A DNA stretch of 34,143 nucleotides from a virus (IMGVR_UViG_3300030372_003241:1-34143), one strand, 5' to 3'; shown: positions 24,487-34,143, counted from the first letter of the stretch. The notes: generated by a model not told the origin, from the letters alone. Made by a program: numbers and translations.

Positions 24487-24870
24487 CTAATAACTCCAAA
24501 TTGTTGGTCTTGGTCTTGCACTACTGTTTTCTAAAGTATCTAAATGTAAAAATCTATTGTCAGCCTTTTGGTTAATTCCAAACCCAGTAAACTCTAATTT
24601 TATAGCTAGTTTTAATAACTTTAATGCTTCTCCTCTAGCTATATTAATATCACAGGCTTTACCACTTGCATGAGCGCCAGGGGTTTTTTTAACATATTCA
24701 ATAGGATGCTCTGGACTTCTATATCCTGAATTAATAGTTAAAGGCTTACCATATTCTTCTCTAAGTTTATTAAGTTTATCAATAAAGTTTTGATCCATTT
24801 CGCAAGTATGAGTGTGACTACATTCAAACTCACCACGATTAAAGTATTTACCCCAATCAAACTCTCTCAT
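24487..24870 (-). CDS. Endolysin, peptidase M15A family, 127 aa
   Basis: INSGYRSPEH...GAHASGKACDI...FLHLD zinc-peptidase motifs. Confidence 0.9.
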   Translation of the reverse strand: MREFDWGKYFNRGEFECSHTHTCEMDQNFIDKLNKLREEYGKPLTINSGYRSPEHPIEYVKKTPGAHASGKACDINIARGEALKLLKLAIKLEFTGFGINQKADNRFLHLDTLENSSARPRPTIWSY

Positions 24871-25325
24871 ATTTTTGGTTCTTTCTTTTCTAGTAAATCA
24901 TTTATCTCATGTGACTTCTGTTTACTACCTACGCTACTTCCGAAGTAATATGCCAATATCATGGTTGTGGCGGAATTTAAAGCACCCAAGACGTATACGA
25001 GAATATCTTTAGAACCAGAATTTACATCGACTTCTACAAAAATAATTACTAGAAACAAAGCAAAAGACATCGCTACTGTTCCTAATGCGAGTAATGGGGT
25101 AACACATTTATTTAACCAACTGGCATTTTCGCTAGTAGCAATTTTGACTTCTCTTTGTCTGGCTGAATCTCTATCAGCGTACTCAGCTTCAAGTTTTGCA
25201 AGTTCTCCTGATTGTTCCAACTGCCTTAACTCTTTCATCGCTTTTGCTTTTGCCTCTGGATCAGGAATTAATTTATCAACAAGTTTTTCTCCAATAGGTA
25301 AAAGTGAACCAAGTAGATTTAACAT
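24867..25325 (-). CDS. Putative holin, 152 aa
   Basis: LVDKLIPDPEAKAKA N-terminus, DRDSARQRE, two hydrophobic helices, YYFGSS; ATGA overlap with the endolysin gene. Confidence 0.75.
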   Translation of the reverse strand: MLNLLGSLLPIGEKLVDKLIPDPEAKAKAMKELRQLEQSGELAKLEAEYADRDSARQREVKIATSENASWLNKCVTPLLALGTVAMSFALFLVIIFVEVDVNSGSKDILVYVLGALNSATTMILAYYFGSSVGSKQKSHEINDLLEKKEPKI

Positions 25326-25846
25326 TATTTAGAACTCTCCACGATTGCTTTGTAAAGAAACCAACATAAATAAATAAGAAGCAACGATAAAAAAGTTACA
25401 GCCACACCAAGTTTTGTGTGGTACATAAATTGTTTTTTTCTTCTGATAGCAGCATAAATTTCCTTTTCTTTTTTATCTCTAATTTCTTCTCTAAGTTTTT
25501 TAAATCTAATCCAACCAGGTCTACCACCCCAGTCAGCTGTCCAATTAGCTGTAAAAAATTGATACAACTCTTTTTCATGTTGCCTAATTTTTTCTTCCAT
25601 AATAATAATGTCAAAAGCACTATCGGTTGGGTTGTTGTTTTTAATTTTTGCTGTTTCAAATTTTCCATATAACTTTGGGTTTTTCTGTCCAAACTCTTTA
25701 GCATTTCTAACGTGTTCTCTAGCATCTTCAATTGCATTTGCATATTTTTTTAAACTACCCCACAAAGCCTCAGAGTTATCAACGCAACTTTTTATACCTT
25801 TCAGCGTAGTTGCAGCTACTGTTATTGCGGTTAAGGGGTCTAACAT
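25325..25846 (-). CDS. Hypothetical membrane-anchored protein of the lysis region, 173 aa
   Basis: MLDPLTAITVA N-terminus, coiled coil and C-terminal transmembrane helix; TAATG coupling to the holin gene. Confidence 0.7.
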   Translation of the reverse strand: MLDPLTAITVAATTLKGIKSCVDNSEALWGSLKKYANAIEDAREHVRNAKEFGQKNPKLYGKFETAKIKNNNPTDSAFDIIIMEEKIRQHEKELYQFFTANWTADWGGRPGWIRFKKLREEIRDKKEKEIYAAIRRKKQFMYHTKLGVAVTFLSLLLIYLCWFLYKAIVESSK

Positions 25847-25863
25847 TTTTTAAATCCATATTT

Positions 25864-26007
25864 TCAATTTTGTTTTTTTTCTTTTTTAATTTTTGTTATT
25901 AAACATTCTTCACAAATAAAAGCATTATTATTTTTAAATCTTGCATAACCTAACCTTAACAGTTTGAAATTTTGGCACGTCTGACAAAACAAACGTGTTT
26001 GCATCAT
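25864..26007 (-). CDS. Small zinc-ribbon protein, 47 aa (not in ORF track)
   Basis: MMQTRLFCQTCQNFKLLRLGYARFKNNNAFICEECLITKIKKEKKQN: CxxC-x20-CxxC with a basic tail, on the same strand as the operon. Confidence 0.6.
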   Translation of the reverse strand: MMQTRLFCQTCQNFKLLRLGYARFKNNNAFICEECLITKIKKEKKQN

Positions 26008-26080
26008 ATTTTTTTACTGGATTTAATTTCCTCTAAATCTTTTTTTGTTAATTTTTTTGGGAAAATAGGAAATACTTTAC

Positions 26081-26440
26081 TCACACTTCTACCCATTGTT
26101 TATTATCTTCATCCCAATTGTAAAGTTTGCCATCGGAAGGGTATGCAACTGGAGACTCCCATTTACCTGTAGTCGTGTTTAACGTCCAACTTGCATAAGG
26201 CTGTGGTGCTGCAAATAAATCATGCTCTGAATAATATTTATGCCCAATACCAGCATAGTTTTTTCTAAAGTTTGCATTGTAACTTGTTTGTTTCCAAGTG
26301 CCACCACCATGCACACCAATTAAATAAGCAACACCAACAGCTTCACTTTCTTTGCCATCACTGTCTAATAAATTAACATTATCAACAACATGAACATTAG
26401 TTACTATATTGTTTTCATCTAATTTTGCAAAATGTGCCAT
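26081..26440 (-). CDS. Tail-fibre-associated (assembly chaperone-like) protein, 119 aa
   Basis: MAHFAKLDENNIV...WKQTSYNANFRKNYAGIG...PQPYASW...WDEDNKQW, a type commonly found next to glycine-rich fibre genes. Confidence 0.7.
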   Translation of the reverse strand: MAHFAKLDENNIVTNVHVVDNVNLLDSDGKESEAVGVAYLIGVHGGGTWKQTSYNANFRKNYAGIGHKYYSEHDLFAAPQPYASWTLNTTTGKWESPVAYPSDGKLYNWDEDNKQWVEV

Positions 26441-26455
26441 TTAAATTCCTTTTGA

Positions 26456-27268
26456 CTAACCAACAATAACAACAATTCCAGAACCACCATTTGCAACTGC
26501 ACCAGGAATACCACTTCCTCCAATCTGTCCATCCGTTCCGCCACCACCTCCACCGGTATTAGCAGAACCCGCTGTAGCATTAGAGTTTCCTCCATCTCCA
26601 CCACCACCATTACCACCATTACCACCAGCAGAATCAGCAGAAATATGAATTGCACCACCTCCTCCACCAGCATAAAAAACAGTTGAGCCAGTTATGTCTG
26701 AAGAAAGACCTACACCACCGTTTCCTCCATTTGAGGTTGTTCCAGTAGCACCAGCATCTCCAGCACCTCCTCCACCTCCGCCTCCGTACTTTGTAACACT
26801 AGTAGAACCACCACCAGCATTACCTTGACCTGATGGAGAAGCTGCACCACCTGATCCACCAGTTGACCCTCCACCACCTGATCCACCATTATTTCCTGTT
26901 TGTACTTCTGCGGCTCCATTACAAGCACCTCCACCTCCACCAGTCGAAGTGATTGATGAAAAAACTGAATTTGATCCGTTTCCTCCTTTAATCTGGTCGC
27001 TTTCTCCAGTTCCTGAAGAAGCACCAGCACCTACTGTAATTGAGTACGATTGGCCAGGATTAACAGCTAATGTGCCTGTTCTAAACCCCCCAGCACCACC
27101 ACCTCCCGCTAAAACTATTCCTCCCGCGCCACCTCCAGCCACAACTAAATACCTAACTTCTGTGACACCTGTAGGGGCAGTATAAGTACCATCTCCTGTA
27201 AATATATTAATTTGTGCTTTTGTTGCTCCAGAAAAATTAGACATTAAAAGTTGATGAATACCTGTCAT
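26456..27268 (-). CDS. Glycine-rich tail-fibre-type protein, 270 aa
   Basis: YLVVAGGGAGG...YAGGGGG...ANTGGGGGG...GGSGIVVI glycine-rich domain. Confidence 0.8.
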   Translation of the reverse strand: MTGIHQLLMSNFSGATKAQINIFTGDGTYTAPTGVTEVRYLVVAGGGAGGIVLAGGGGAGGFRTGTLAVNPGQSYSITVGAGASSGTGESDQIKGGNGSNSVFSSITSTGGGGGACNGAAEVQTGNNGGSGGGGSTGGSGGAASPSGQGNAGGGSTSVTKYGGGGGGGAGDAGATGTTSNGGNGGVGLSSDITGSTVFYAGGGGGAIHISADSAGGNGGNGGGGDGGNSNATAGSANTGGGGGGTDGQIGGSGIPGAVANGGSGIVVIVG

Positions 27269-27270
27269 AG

Positions 27271-28173
27271 TTAACTCACATTCCCAGTAATTACAGCTTC
27301 TGCCGAGCCTAAAAATAAGATACTGCCCACTCCATTATTGGCTAATGTTAAAACTGCTGTGGCACTTGCAGCCCCGGCTAACGTGCAGAAATTTGATGAA
27401 ATTGTGGCTGCCGTTCCAGAGTTAAATAGCGAAACAATATCTCCAGTTTCAAAAACTCCACCTACGACATTAATAGTCAAAGCAGAGGTACTACTGCACC
27501 TTACATAATTGCCTTTATTTGTTGCACCTAAAGTAAAACCAGTATTTTGTATTGAACCACTTTGATTTACTTGTCTTAAATTTCCATCTGCATCAGAAAC
27601 TGTATTAGCAGTTAATCCAGCAGACACACTTACAGAATCACTAAAGGATTTTCCACTTAAGGTTTGTGTTGCACTAAGTGAAACATCACCGGTGTCACCT
27701 TTAGATGCAAAAGTTTGAAAGGCAGATGAATTGCCAATGCCTCTATTTGCATTGCCATCAAACGTAGAAAGAAAAGTATTTCCATTACCATCAGTTACTA
27801 AATCTCCAAAGTTGTAAGTGCTTGTAGACGTATATTGACCAGCTGCACTTAACACTCCCAAGTTTACTGTTGAGTCTTCAAACACACTTGAAACTGCAAC
27901 AAGATTACTTGCTGATGATGATGCAATTATTGCATCCCTGGAATTTAAATTAATTGGTTTTTCAAATGTAAACGTAGACTCTCCAGAAACAGTTGTTATT
28001 AAAAAACTAGTTGTAGAACTGTTTGAAGAATCAAAGTATTTAAATTCACATTTGATATTATCACTTGAGTTGTTGCCGATCTGGAGTCCATGAACTGCTC
28101 CTTCCAGTCCAACTCCCATCGTTACCAAAGTGGTGTCAGCACTTATTGTTGTTGGTTTACCTTTAAAAGCCAT
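27271..28173 (-). CDS. Putative tail-fibre or structural protein, 300 aa
   Basis: Ser/Thr/Gly-rich beta protein with TQTLSGK linker and ITGNVS terminus; sits within the fibre cluster. Confidence 0.65.
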   Translation of the reverse strand: MAFKGKPTTISADTTLVTMGVGLEGAVHGLQIGNNSSDNIKCEFKYFDSSNSSTTSFLITTVSGESTFTFEKPINLNSRDAIIASSSASNLVAVSSVFEDSTVNLGVLSAAGQYTSTSTYNFGDLVTDGNGNTFLSTFDGNANRGIGNSSAFQTFASKGDTGDVSLSATQTLSGKSFSDSVSVSAGLTANTVSDADGNLRQVNQSGSIQNTGFTLGATNKGNYVRCSSTSALTINVVGGVFETGDIVSLFNSGTAATISSNFCTLAGAASATAVLTLANNGVGSILFLGSAEAVITGNVS

Positions 28174-28197
28174 TTCTAAATCTCCATTAAATTATTT

Positions 28198-29712
28198 TTA
28201 TCCACCAAAAATCACACTCATTGCAACTGCTCTGCCTTTTGTTTCATAGGAACTGTCTGTAATTCCGGTTATTGCACTCGTTCCTAATCCAACTGCAATG
28301 TCGGCAGTAGTTAAAGATATATGTCCAGTCCTACTTTCAAAACTTAAAACACCTGATGAAGAAATCTCAAAGGATGCATTAGACCATGCGCCATTGTCAT
28401 ATACCTTTAGCTGTCCTGTACTTCCTGATTGATGATAGTACAAACTGCCATCGTTAATTGAACCGGTAGGATCTGAACTAGCTGCTCCATACCAGGTGTT
28501 AGCAAATGTAACTGTTGCACTAACATTTGTTGCTACTGTATTAACAGAATCTATTGCAGAGGCAACTGTTGTTATGTCAGTTAAACTTGTTGCAACAGAA
28601 GTCACTTTGCCCATATTTGATGAAACATTTGTGACCGGACTAATATTCAAACTTACTGCGCTAACAGCAGAAGAGTTTGTGCTTACAGTTGAAATGTCTG
28701 ATCTAATTGCAAATACTGCTGAAATCTCAGCACTCTGTGATGCAAGTTGAGTTACCTGGGCAGACTGCGATAAAACTTGAGTGATGTTGGCCGACATATC
28801 TATAGCATTAGACATTAGGGCAGAATAACTTGCAGCACCAACCCTCGTTATTTCAGCAGACAAACCAGCAACAGAAGTTATTTGTGTAGATTGTCCAGCA
28901 ACGCTCACTAAGGTTGCAGTACCATACCCAGCAACTGTTGCAATATCAGCTGTACCAATTCCATTAAAAGTTGAAACTGCTGTTGATAGTCCGGCAACTA
29001 CAGAAATTTCGGCTGTTGAATCTAAGATGTTGCTGATGTTCGCTGACATTGCAGCAACAACCGGAATGTCAGTTGCTACTGTTCCTACTGCCGAAAGATT
29101 GGCAACCATTCCAGCAGAACCAAGGCTTGTTAATTCAGCAGTCTTACTAGCTAGGGCAGTTAATTCTGCACTCAATCCACCTAAAGCACTTATTTCAGCA
29201 GTCACATCTTGAATACCAGAAATATCAATAGCAGCTGCGCCACCAATAGCCTCACCGGCAGAACCAAAAGCCAGATATTTATTAGCACGATCTGACACTC
29301 TTGGTAGTGTCATGTCTAATCCAGCTGGATCAGTTTGTGGAGCAATTAAAGTTCTTTGTAAACCTTCTTGGTTTTGTTGGGCAAAAATAGTTAATGAATC
29401 TAATTCATCGTTTAAAGTTTTAGCATTAAAATCTCCACCAGTCGTAAAGTCTGTAGTGCGTTGTATTGCTCTGTTTCCAATAATTGCTATTTGAGTTACA
29501 CCAACTGCTGTTGAATTTAAATTAACTTGTCCAGTTCCAGTTGCACTATTAAGAGTTACTGTATAGTTTGTTGATAATTCCAATTGAGTATCATCAGAAA
29601 ATACAGAGATATCTGTTTCCGATAAAACCTCAAATGTGAAAGCAAAAGTAGTGGCAGATGATGCTGCAAAGACTTGCCTTCTTGTTACGTTGCTTATAGG
29701 TATGTTACTCAT
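28198..29712 (-). CDS. Tail fibre protein, 504 aa
   Basis: T7 gp17-like N-terminal attachment domain (FAFTFEV...LNDELDSLTIFAQQ...LPRVSDRANKYLAF) followed by an A/S/T/V-rich pseudo-repetitive shaft. Confidence 0.8.
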   Translation of the reverse strand: MSNIPISNVTRRQVFAASSATTFAFTFEVLSETDISVFSDDTQLELSTNYTVTLNSATGTGQVNLNSTAVGVTQIAIIGNRAIQRTTDFTTGGDFNAKTLNDELDSLTIFAQQNQEGLQRTLIAPQTDPAGLDMTLPRVSDRANKYLAFGSAGEAIGGAAAIDISGIQDVTAEISALGGLSAELTALASKTAELTSLGSAGMVANLSAVGTVATDIPVVAAMSANISNILDSTAEISVVAGLSTAVSTFNGIGTADIATVAGYGTATLVSVAGQSTQITSVAGLSAEITRVGAASYSALMSNAIDMSANITQVLSQSAQVTQLASQSAEISAVFAIRSDISTVSTNSSAVSAVSLNISPVTNVSSNMGKVTSVATSLTDITTVASAIDSVNTVATNVSATVTFANTWYGAASSDPTGSINDGSLYYHQSGSTGQLKVYDNGAWSNASFEISSSGVLSFESRTGHISLTTADIAVGLGTSAITGITDSSYETKGRAVAMSVIFGG

Positions 29713-29751
29713 ATCTAGCTTTCAAATGTGTTATATGTTAATTGTACAATG

Positions 29752-32700
29752 TCAACGTGTTTCATAAAACATTCCTTTATCAATAAGGTTTAATTTATGA
29801 TCTTTAACTTTTTCAACTAAATTGTTAGCGTTATTAGCTATAAACAATCCTCTAGCTTTTTCCATTAAGTCACTATGATATTTTTTTGTGATTAATTGTT
29901 TTTGATATATAGTGGCATTTTGATAAAACTCAGAAGTCATTAATTCAAAAAATCTTGCTTTTGCTGTAAGTCCACCTTCTTCTAATGGGGCATTGTAATA
30001 ACCAATAAACTCATTATATTGATCTGGTGTAAGTTCAATTTTTGTATTTTCTAAACTCATTACTCTGGACGGCATAGAAATAGTTGAACCAATACTAGCT
30101 AACTCTGCATCAACGTAACTCATTTGCTCAGTTGAAACTCTAGTTGGCAAAAACATTTCATATGCTTTGCCTTGTCCTGACTGCACAGGTTCTCCCCAAA
30201 GATTTAATCTTGGGGGTAAGTCATCATTAAAAAAAGGTATTCTGCTTTTATACCTATTAAAAGCCTCATAAAATCCTTTTACTCCAATAGGTAAATCTAA
30301 ACCTTTAACTGTTACATCTGTTGCTGTTGGATCATTTAATCTTTCAATACTTGCAATTAAACTACTTTGAAAACCAAATGGCGATCCCCCAATAAATGCA
30401 GTCGTTCCTTGTTTTGCTATTGCATTAACAACTGATTCAAGTTGATCCATACTATCTCCATAAGTAGGATTGCCAGAAATTGCTTTTGATATATCACTAA
30501 TGCCTGTTAAAAAAGGTTGTTCACTTAAAAAGTTATATATTCCAGCTGCTGCACCATAAAACGCTTTTTCAGTTCTATCGGCGTTTTCATTGTATTTAGC
30601 ATACTCAGCATAGTCAGCTGCCATCGCAAGAAAAACACTTATAGGTTCAAATCCACTAAAACTAATATATACTTTGTTTTTAGCTTTACTTGCCAAACCT
30701 CGTTCTTCCAACATTGCAAAAGTTTTTTTAGCCTCGTCTGACAAGTTATCAGTCGACCCATCTATTACAATTGAATATGGTTTCCAACCAGTTCTCATTA
30801 AGGCTTGTCTGTCATTTTTTCTTCCAGGACCAGCACCGGTCATAGTCATACCCATAAATCCATCTTGAGCAATATATGCAAATGTAAAAAAAAGAGATGT
30901 TCCCATTGTCATTTTAGCCAAAGCCAAATCTCTTTTAACTCCACCAGCTAATAAATCTGCTCTATATCTACTACTTACCAATGGAGCAAAAGGGGTTCTT
31001 TCTAAAACTTGCATTCCTATATTTGATGGAGTTCTAAAAAAAGGAACAATAGTTTTTACAATTGGATTTCTAAATATTGACCGTTCTAATCCCTTTAAAA
31101 GGGGAGGTAGTTCATTGGTAAAAGTAGAAACTCTTGCCTCTTCTCTTGCTGCCTCTACTAAGTCATCAGGGGGGTTGTCGTATAAATCTATGGTTTCTTT
31201 TTGTGCAAGTGCTATTGCCTCATCTTCTGGTAAACCATTTTTTATTGCATTTCTAAAGGTAGCATTTGTTCTTCTTGAGATTAATCTATTTAACCCCATT
31301 CGATACATAGTGCCTTTAAAAAATTCATCTTCTGTTAATAATGCTCTGCCAGGTATTTGCACAGCTGTTCCATAAAGATCAATTCCTTTTCCGAGCCAAG
31401 TACTCTCTGAAATATCTAAACCTAACCTTCCAGAAATGTTTTTTAAATCTTCTGAAATATCTGGGTTGCCTCGTAATTCTATTTTAGACAATGGATCTGA
31501 TGGATTGTTTGTTTTCAATGTTCTACCAGCTAACTCATAGCCTTCCATAAGACTTTTTTTAAGAGATTGAGCATCGGTTATAAACTCTCCCATTTCAACT
31601 AATTCATCTTGAGCCTCATCACTAATTTTTGGTAATCTAAATCCTTGAGGAATTATTTCTTTTCTTAAATTTAATTTATCTAATGCTTTTGAAAAACCAG
31701 CAGCAACTACTCTCTCTGGTGCTTGATAAATTGCAAATAAACTATTACCTATAATATTTTTTGCGTGAGTTGTTGGAGCAGATAACAAACCATTAATCCA
31801 AGTTGTCAACCAAACATCAACAGTTGAACTAAACATACTTTTTTCTGTTAATTTGTTTTGACGAGTTCTATTGCCTGTTGCTTTTATATAATTTGTTGCT
31901 AAATCTCTTAATGATTTTTCTCCACCAGTTTCATCTAATATTTTTTGTACTGCATCAACATTTGATGTATCACGTTTAACTCTCATTATTGCTAATGCTC
32001 TTGCAGTATTAGTTTGTATTCCCTTAACACCTTTTTGAATCAAGCCATGCAATGTAATATGTTGTCTAAGTTTCAACAAATCCATCTCATTTGCCTCGCT
32101 TGTTTTCTTTTTACCTTTTACTGTAACATTCGCTGCTTTTAACATTAACTTGTCTAACTCTTGGGCAGACACTTCAAGCAATTGCATTGCACGATAAACT
32201 TGTACTGGATCGCCTTGAAACTCTTTGCCACCTTCTGTAACCCTTGTTATAAATTTTTCATCAATACCAATTTCATTTGCTTTTTCTTTTATTTGATCGA
32301 ATGTAACTTTCTTTTTTTTAATTCCTAAAGCATCTGAAAACCCACCTATAACAGCAGATATATTTTCACCACTTAAATTATTTTCATTAATAACATTAAA
32401 ATTAAATTCTTGCTTTGGTGCTTTACCTGTTACATTTTGTTCTGTTTTTCTTATATTTATTTTTTCAACTACATCATCAGCTATTTCTTTATCTACCTCT
32501 GGGAAAACTGTTGTTTCCTGTGAAACTTTTTTAGACCTCAATACCGGCTCTTTTTTCCTTTGCATTATTGGTTGCACAGAGGCATCAGGATTTGATTTAA
32601 TTTTATTTAACTCTTTGTCCTGACTTTCTTTTATAGCTTTACGAATTGCAGATGCACCTTTACCTACACCAGCAACTTGAGTTCCTTCTGCAAAATCTAA

Positions 32701-32796
32701 TTCAAGATTATCTGGTTCTTGAATAATATCAGCAGTATCTACTTCAGCATCTGGGGGTTGTATTTTATCAACTATGTTATCTTCAATTGCCATCAT
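29752..32796 (-). CDS. Large internal virion (ejection) protein, about 1014 aa
   Basis: WINGLLSAPTTHAKNIIGN, PGRALLTEDEFFK, IVPFFRTPSNI, GWKPYS and LPPRLNLWGEP motifs typical of large podovirus core proteins; ATG at 32796 preferred. Confidence 0.75.
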   Translation of the reverse strand: MMAIEDNIVDKIQPPDAEVDTADIIQEPDNLELDFAEGTQVAGVGKGASAIRKAIKESQDKELNKIKSNPDASVQPIMQRKKEPVLRSKKVSQETTVFPEVDKEIADDVVEKINIRKTEQNVTGKAPKQEFNFNVINENNLSGENISAVIGGFSDALGIKKKKVTFDQIKEKANEIGIDEKFITRVTEGGKEFQGDPVQVYRAMQLLEVSAQELDKLMLKAANVTVKGKKKTSEANEMDLLKLRQHITLHGLIQKGVKGIQTNTARALAIMRVKRDTSNVDAVQKILDETGGEKSLRDLATNYIKATGNRTRQNKLTEKSMFSSTVDVWLTTWINGLLSAPTTHAKNIIGNSLFAIYQAPERVVAAGFSKALDKLNLRKEIIPQGFRLPKISDEAQDELVEMGEFITDAQSLKKSLMEGYELAGRTLKTNNPSDPLSKIELRGNPDISEDLKNISGRLGLDISESTWLGKGIDLYGTAVQIPGRALLTEDEFFKGTMYRMGLNRLISRRTNATFRNAIKNGLPEDEAIALAQKETIDLYDNPPDDLVEAAREEARVSTFTNELPPLLKGLERSIFRNPIVKTIVPFFRTPSNIGMQVLERTPFAPLVSSRYRADLLAGGVKRDLALAKMTMGTSLFFTFAYIAQDGFMGMTMTGAGPGRKNDRQALMRTGWKPYSIVIDGSTDNLSDEAKKTFAMLEERGLASKAKNKVYISFSGFEPISVFLAMAADYAEYAKYNENADRTEKAFYGAAAGIYNFLSEQPFLTGISDISKAISGNPTYGDSMDQLESVVNAIAKQGTTAFIGGSPFGFQSSLIASIERLNDPTATDVTVKGLDLPIGVKGFYEAFNRYKSRIPFFNDDLPPRLNLWGEPVQSGQGKAYEMFLPTRVSTEQMSYVDAELASIGSTISMPSRVMSLENTKIELTPDQYNEFIGYYNAPLEEGGLTAKARFFELMTSEFYQNATIYQKQLITKKYHSDLMEKARGLFIANNANNLVEKVKDHKLNLIDKGMFYETR

Positions 32797-34143
32797 TTTC
32801 ACCTTGGGAAACAGCAACACTTCCAGCTGCTATTGGAGCAACACTAAACATTGATTGTCCTTTACTAACAGAATCTTTTACTTTTGGTGTTATCTTAATT
32901 GTAAATAAACCTTTTTTTACATGGTTGCCAACATTTTGTTTTTCGTACAGATTATCAAAAAAAGTATCTGGTATTTTACTTTTTGTTTGTAACTCTTGCA
33001 GACTTTCTTTTCCAATAGCTGTTCTATCTTCATCTAAACCTAAATCATTTCTTTTTGTATATAAAATTGCATTTTTATCTATTTGTTTCAAAACTTTTTC
33101 TGCGTTTTTAGGAACAATATAATCGTAATATGTTATTAACCCTTTGTTGTTCCATCTTTCATATTGAACATCCCCAGGGCTAAACGAAACATAATCATAT
33201 CCCTCGTCAATTGCTTTTGATAACAAACGCTTAATTGCTAATTGTGTCCACTTGTCTGTACTTGTTACAAATGGTGATCTTTCAATATAATTTTGATACC
33301 CAGTTTCTTTTCGTTCATTGATTTTTGATATTTTGTCTAATAAAGAATCTAATTTTTTTACATCTTCATTGTTTGCATAATCCGCAGCTATTGCTATTTT
33401 TTTCTTAATGCCTCCTGTCAAATCTTTTATTTTTCTGTTATATACGGAATGTTGTAAATCTGCCTTCTTTTCTGCTAGCAAAATTTCTTTTCCATCTTCT
33501 TGTACTGTAATAGTATTAATTAATTTTTCATATTCATCAGCAATCAATGCTTCTGTTTCTTGCATTTCTTTTACTTCCTTTGCACTTGGTTTAAAACCTG
33601 TGTCTCTTCCAGTTTGCCCCCAGTCAGACTGTAGTTCTTCTACATATAAAACTTTGTCTCCGTTATAATCTCTGTCTGTTGTTCGTATATGAAATAAATT
33701 ATTTTCATCATCAGAAAAATGTACACCTTCTGTAAACTTAACCTCGTCATCATCTAATTGAAAACGTAACTCCTGATAATTTTTTCCATCAGGTTCAACA
33801 CGATCTGACCAGCGTGTATCACCTTGCATACTTAAATCACCCTGGTTTTCAGCTAATCCCCTAGCTTGCACTTCTGCTTCGTCTAGACTATAAATGTCTA
33901 AATCGCCAGATTCATCTCTTCGCATATCATATCGTTTTCTACCGCCAGAAGTAGCAAAAGCATTTTCCCATAAATTTGATTCTGATTCACTTTCAAAAAT
34001 TTGATAACCAATGTCATCATTGCCAGTTATCGTGTAACCAGTTTTAGAATCTACATATTTCATAACTGGATTATTATAATATTCTTCCTCTGCCATTTTG
34101 ACAGCTGTATTATAATCAAGCGTTTTTCCATATACCTCGTTTT
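32783..34143 (-). CDS. Large virion/ejection-type protein, C-terminal part (continuation of 1476-1)
   Basis: The frame is open to the right edge; contains YQEL, HF, HIRTTDR, LYVEELQSDWGQ, PF...W..LAIKR...GYDYVSF and YYD. Confidence 0.8.
   Translation of the reverse strand, partial: NEVYGKTLDYNTAVKMAEEEYYNNPVMKYVDSKTGYTITGNDDIGYQIFESESESNLWENAFATSGGRKRYDMRRDESGDLDIYSLDEAEVQARGLAENQGDLSMQGDTRWSDRVEPDGKNYQELRFQLDDDEVKFTEGVHFSDDENNLFHIRTTDRDYNGDKVLYVEELQSDWGQTGRDTGFKPSAKEVKEMQETEALIADEYEKLINTITVQEDGKEILLAEKKADLQHSVYNRKIKDLTGGIKKKIAIAADYANNEDVKKLDSLLDKISKINERKETGYQNYIERSPFVTSTDKWTQLAIKRLLSKAIDEGYDYVSFSPGDVQYERWNNKGLITYYDYIVPKNAEKVLKQIDKNAILYTKRNDLGLDEDRTAIGKESLQELQTKSKIPDTFFDNLYEKQNVGNHVKKGLFTIKITPKVKDSVSKGQSMFSVAPIAAGSVAVSQGENDGN
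33593..34143. repeat. Imperfect terminal direct repeat, right copy
   Basis: Ungapped match of about 92% to 1-551. Confidence 0.95.

Noticed and set aside
26456-27268. High-GC CCACCA-rich stretch as a foreign island or DNA repeat element
   Set aside because: Explained by glycine codons of the glycine-rich fibre protein.
695-33668. Many short ORF-track entries antisense to, or out of frame within, long genes (e.g. 695-886, 8705-9154, 24961-25332, 32787-33122)
   Set aside because: Shadow ORFs fully overlapping well-supported genes, with no recognisable motifs.

Overview
The window is an essentially complete, circularly permuted, AT-rich tailed-phage genome of about 33.6 kb. Positions 1-551 recur at 33593-34143 as a diverged copy, and one gene runs across the join. 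Morphogenesis is podovirus-type and on the minus strand: terminase, portal, scaffold, major capsid, tail tubular proteins A and B, ejection proteins, tail fibres, holin and an M15A endolysin. I see no DNA polymerase, primase/helicase or RNA polymerase. Instead there is an HTH replication initiator with internal repeats, an SSB, a Holliday-junction resolvase and a ribbon-helix-helix regulator, divergent from a plus-strand block with a serine recombinase, a YqaJ exonuclease and RecT. The most striking feature is a translationally coupled four-gene cassette between terS and terL: an atypical QueD, a CX14CX2C QueE, a compact 224-aa protein with guanine-transglycosylase-like motifs, and a DUF3310 protein. 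This is a candidate 7-deazaguanine DNA-modification system with no folE or queC and a non-standard DpdA-like enzyme. Several cis-elements also stand out: a TGTACAA(A/T)TA(T/A)CA(A/T)A motif in four intergenic regions, NrdR-box-like palindromes, a dif-like site and a GCGAAGC hairpin. All family calls come from motif recognition by eye; no database searches were run.
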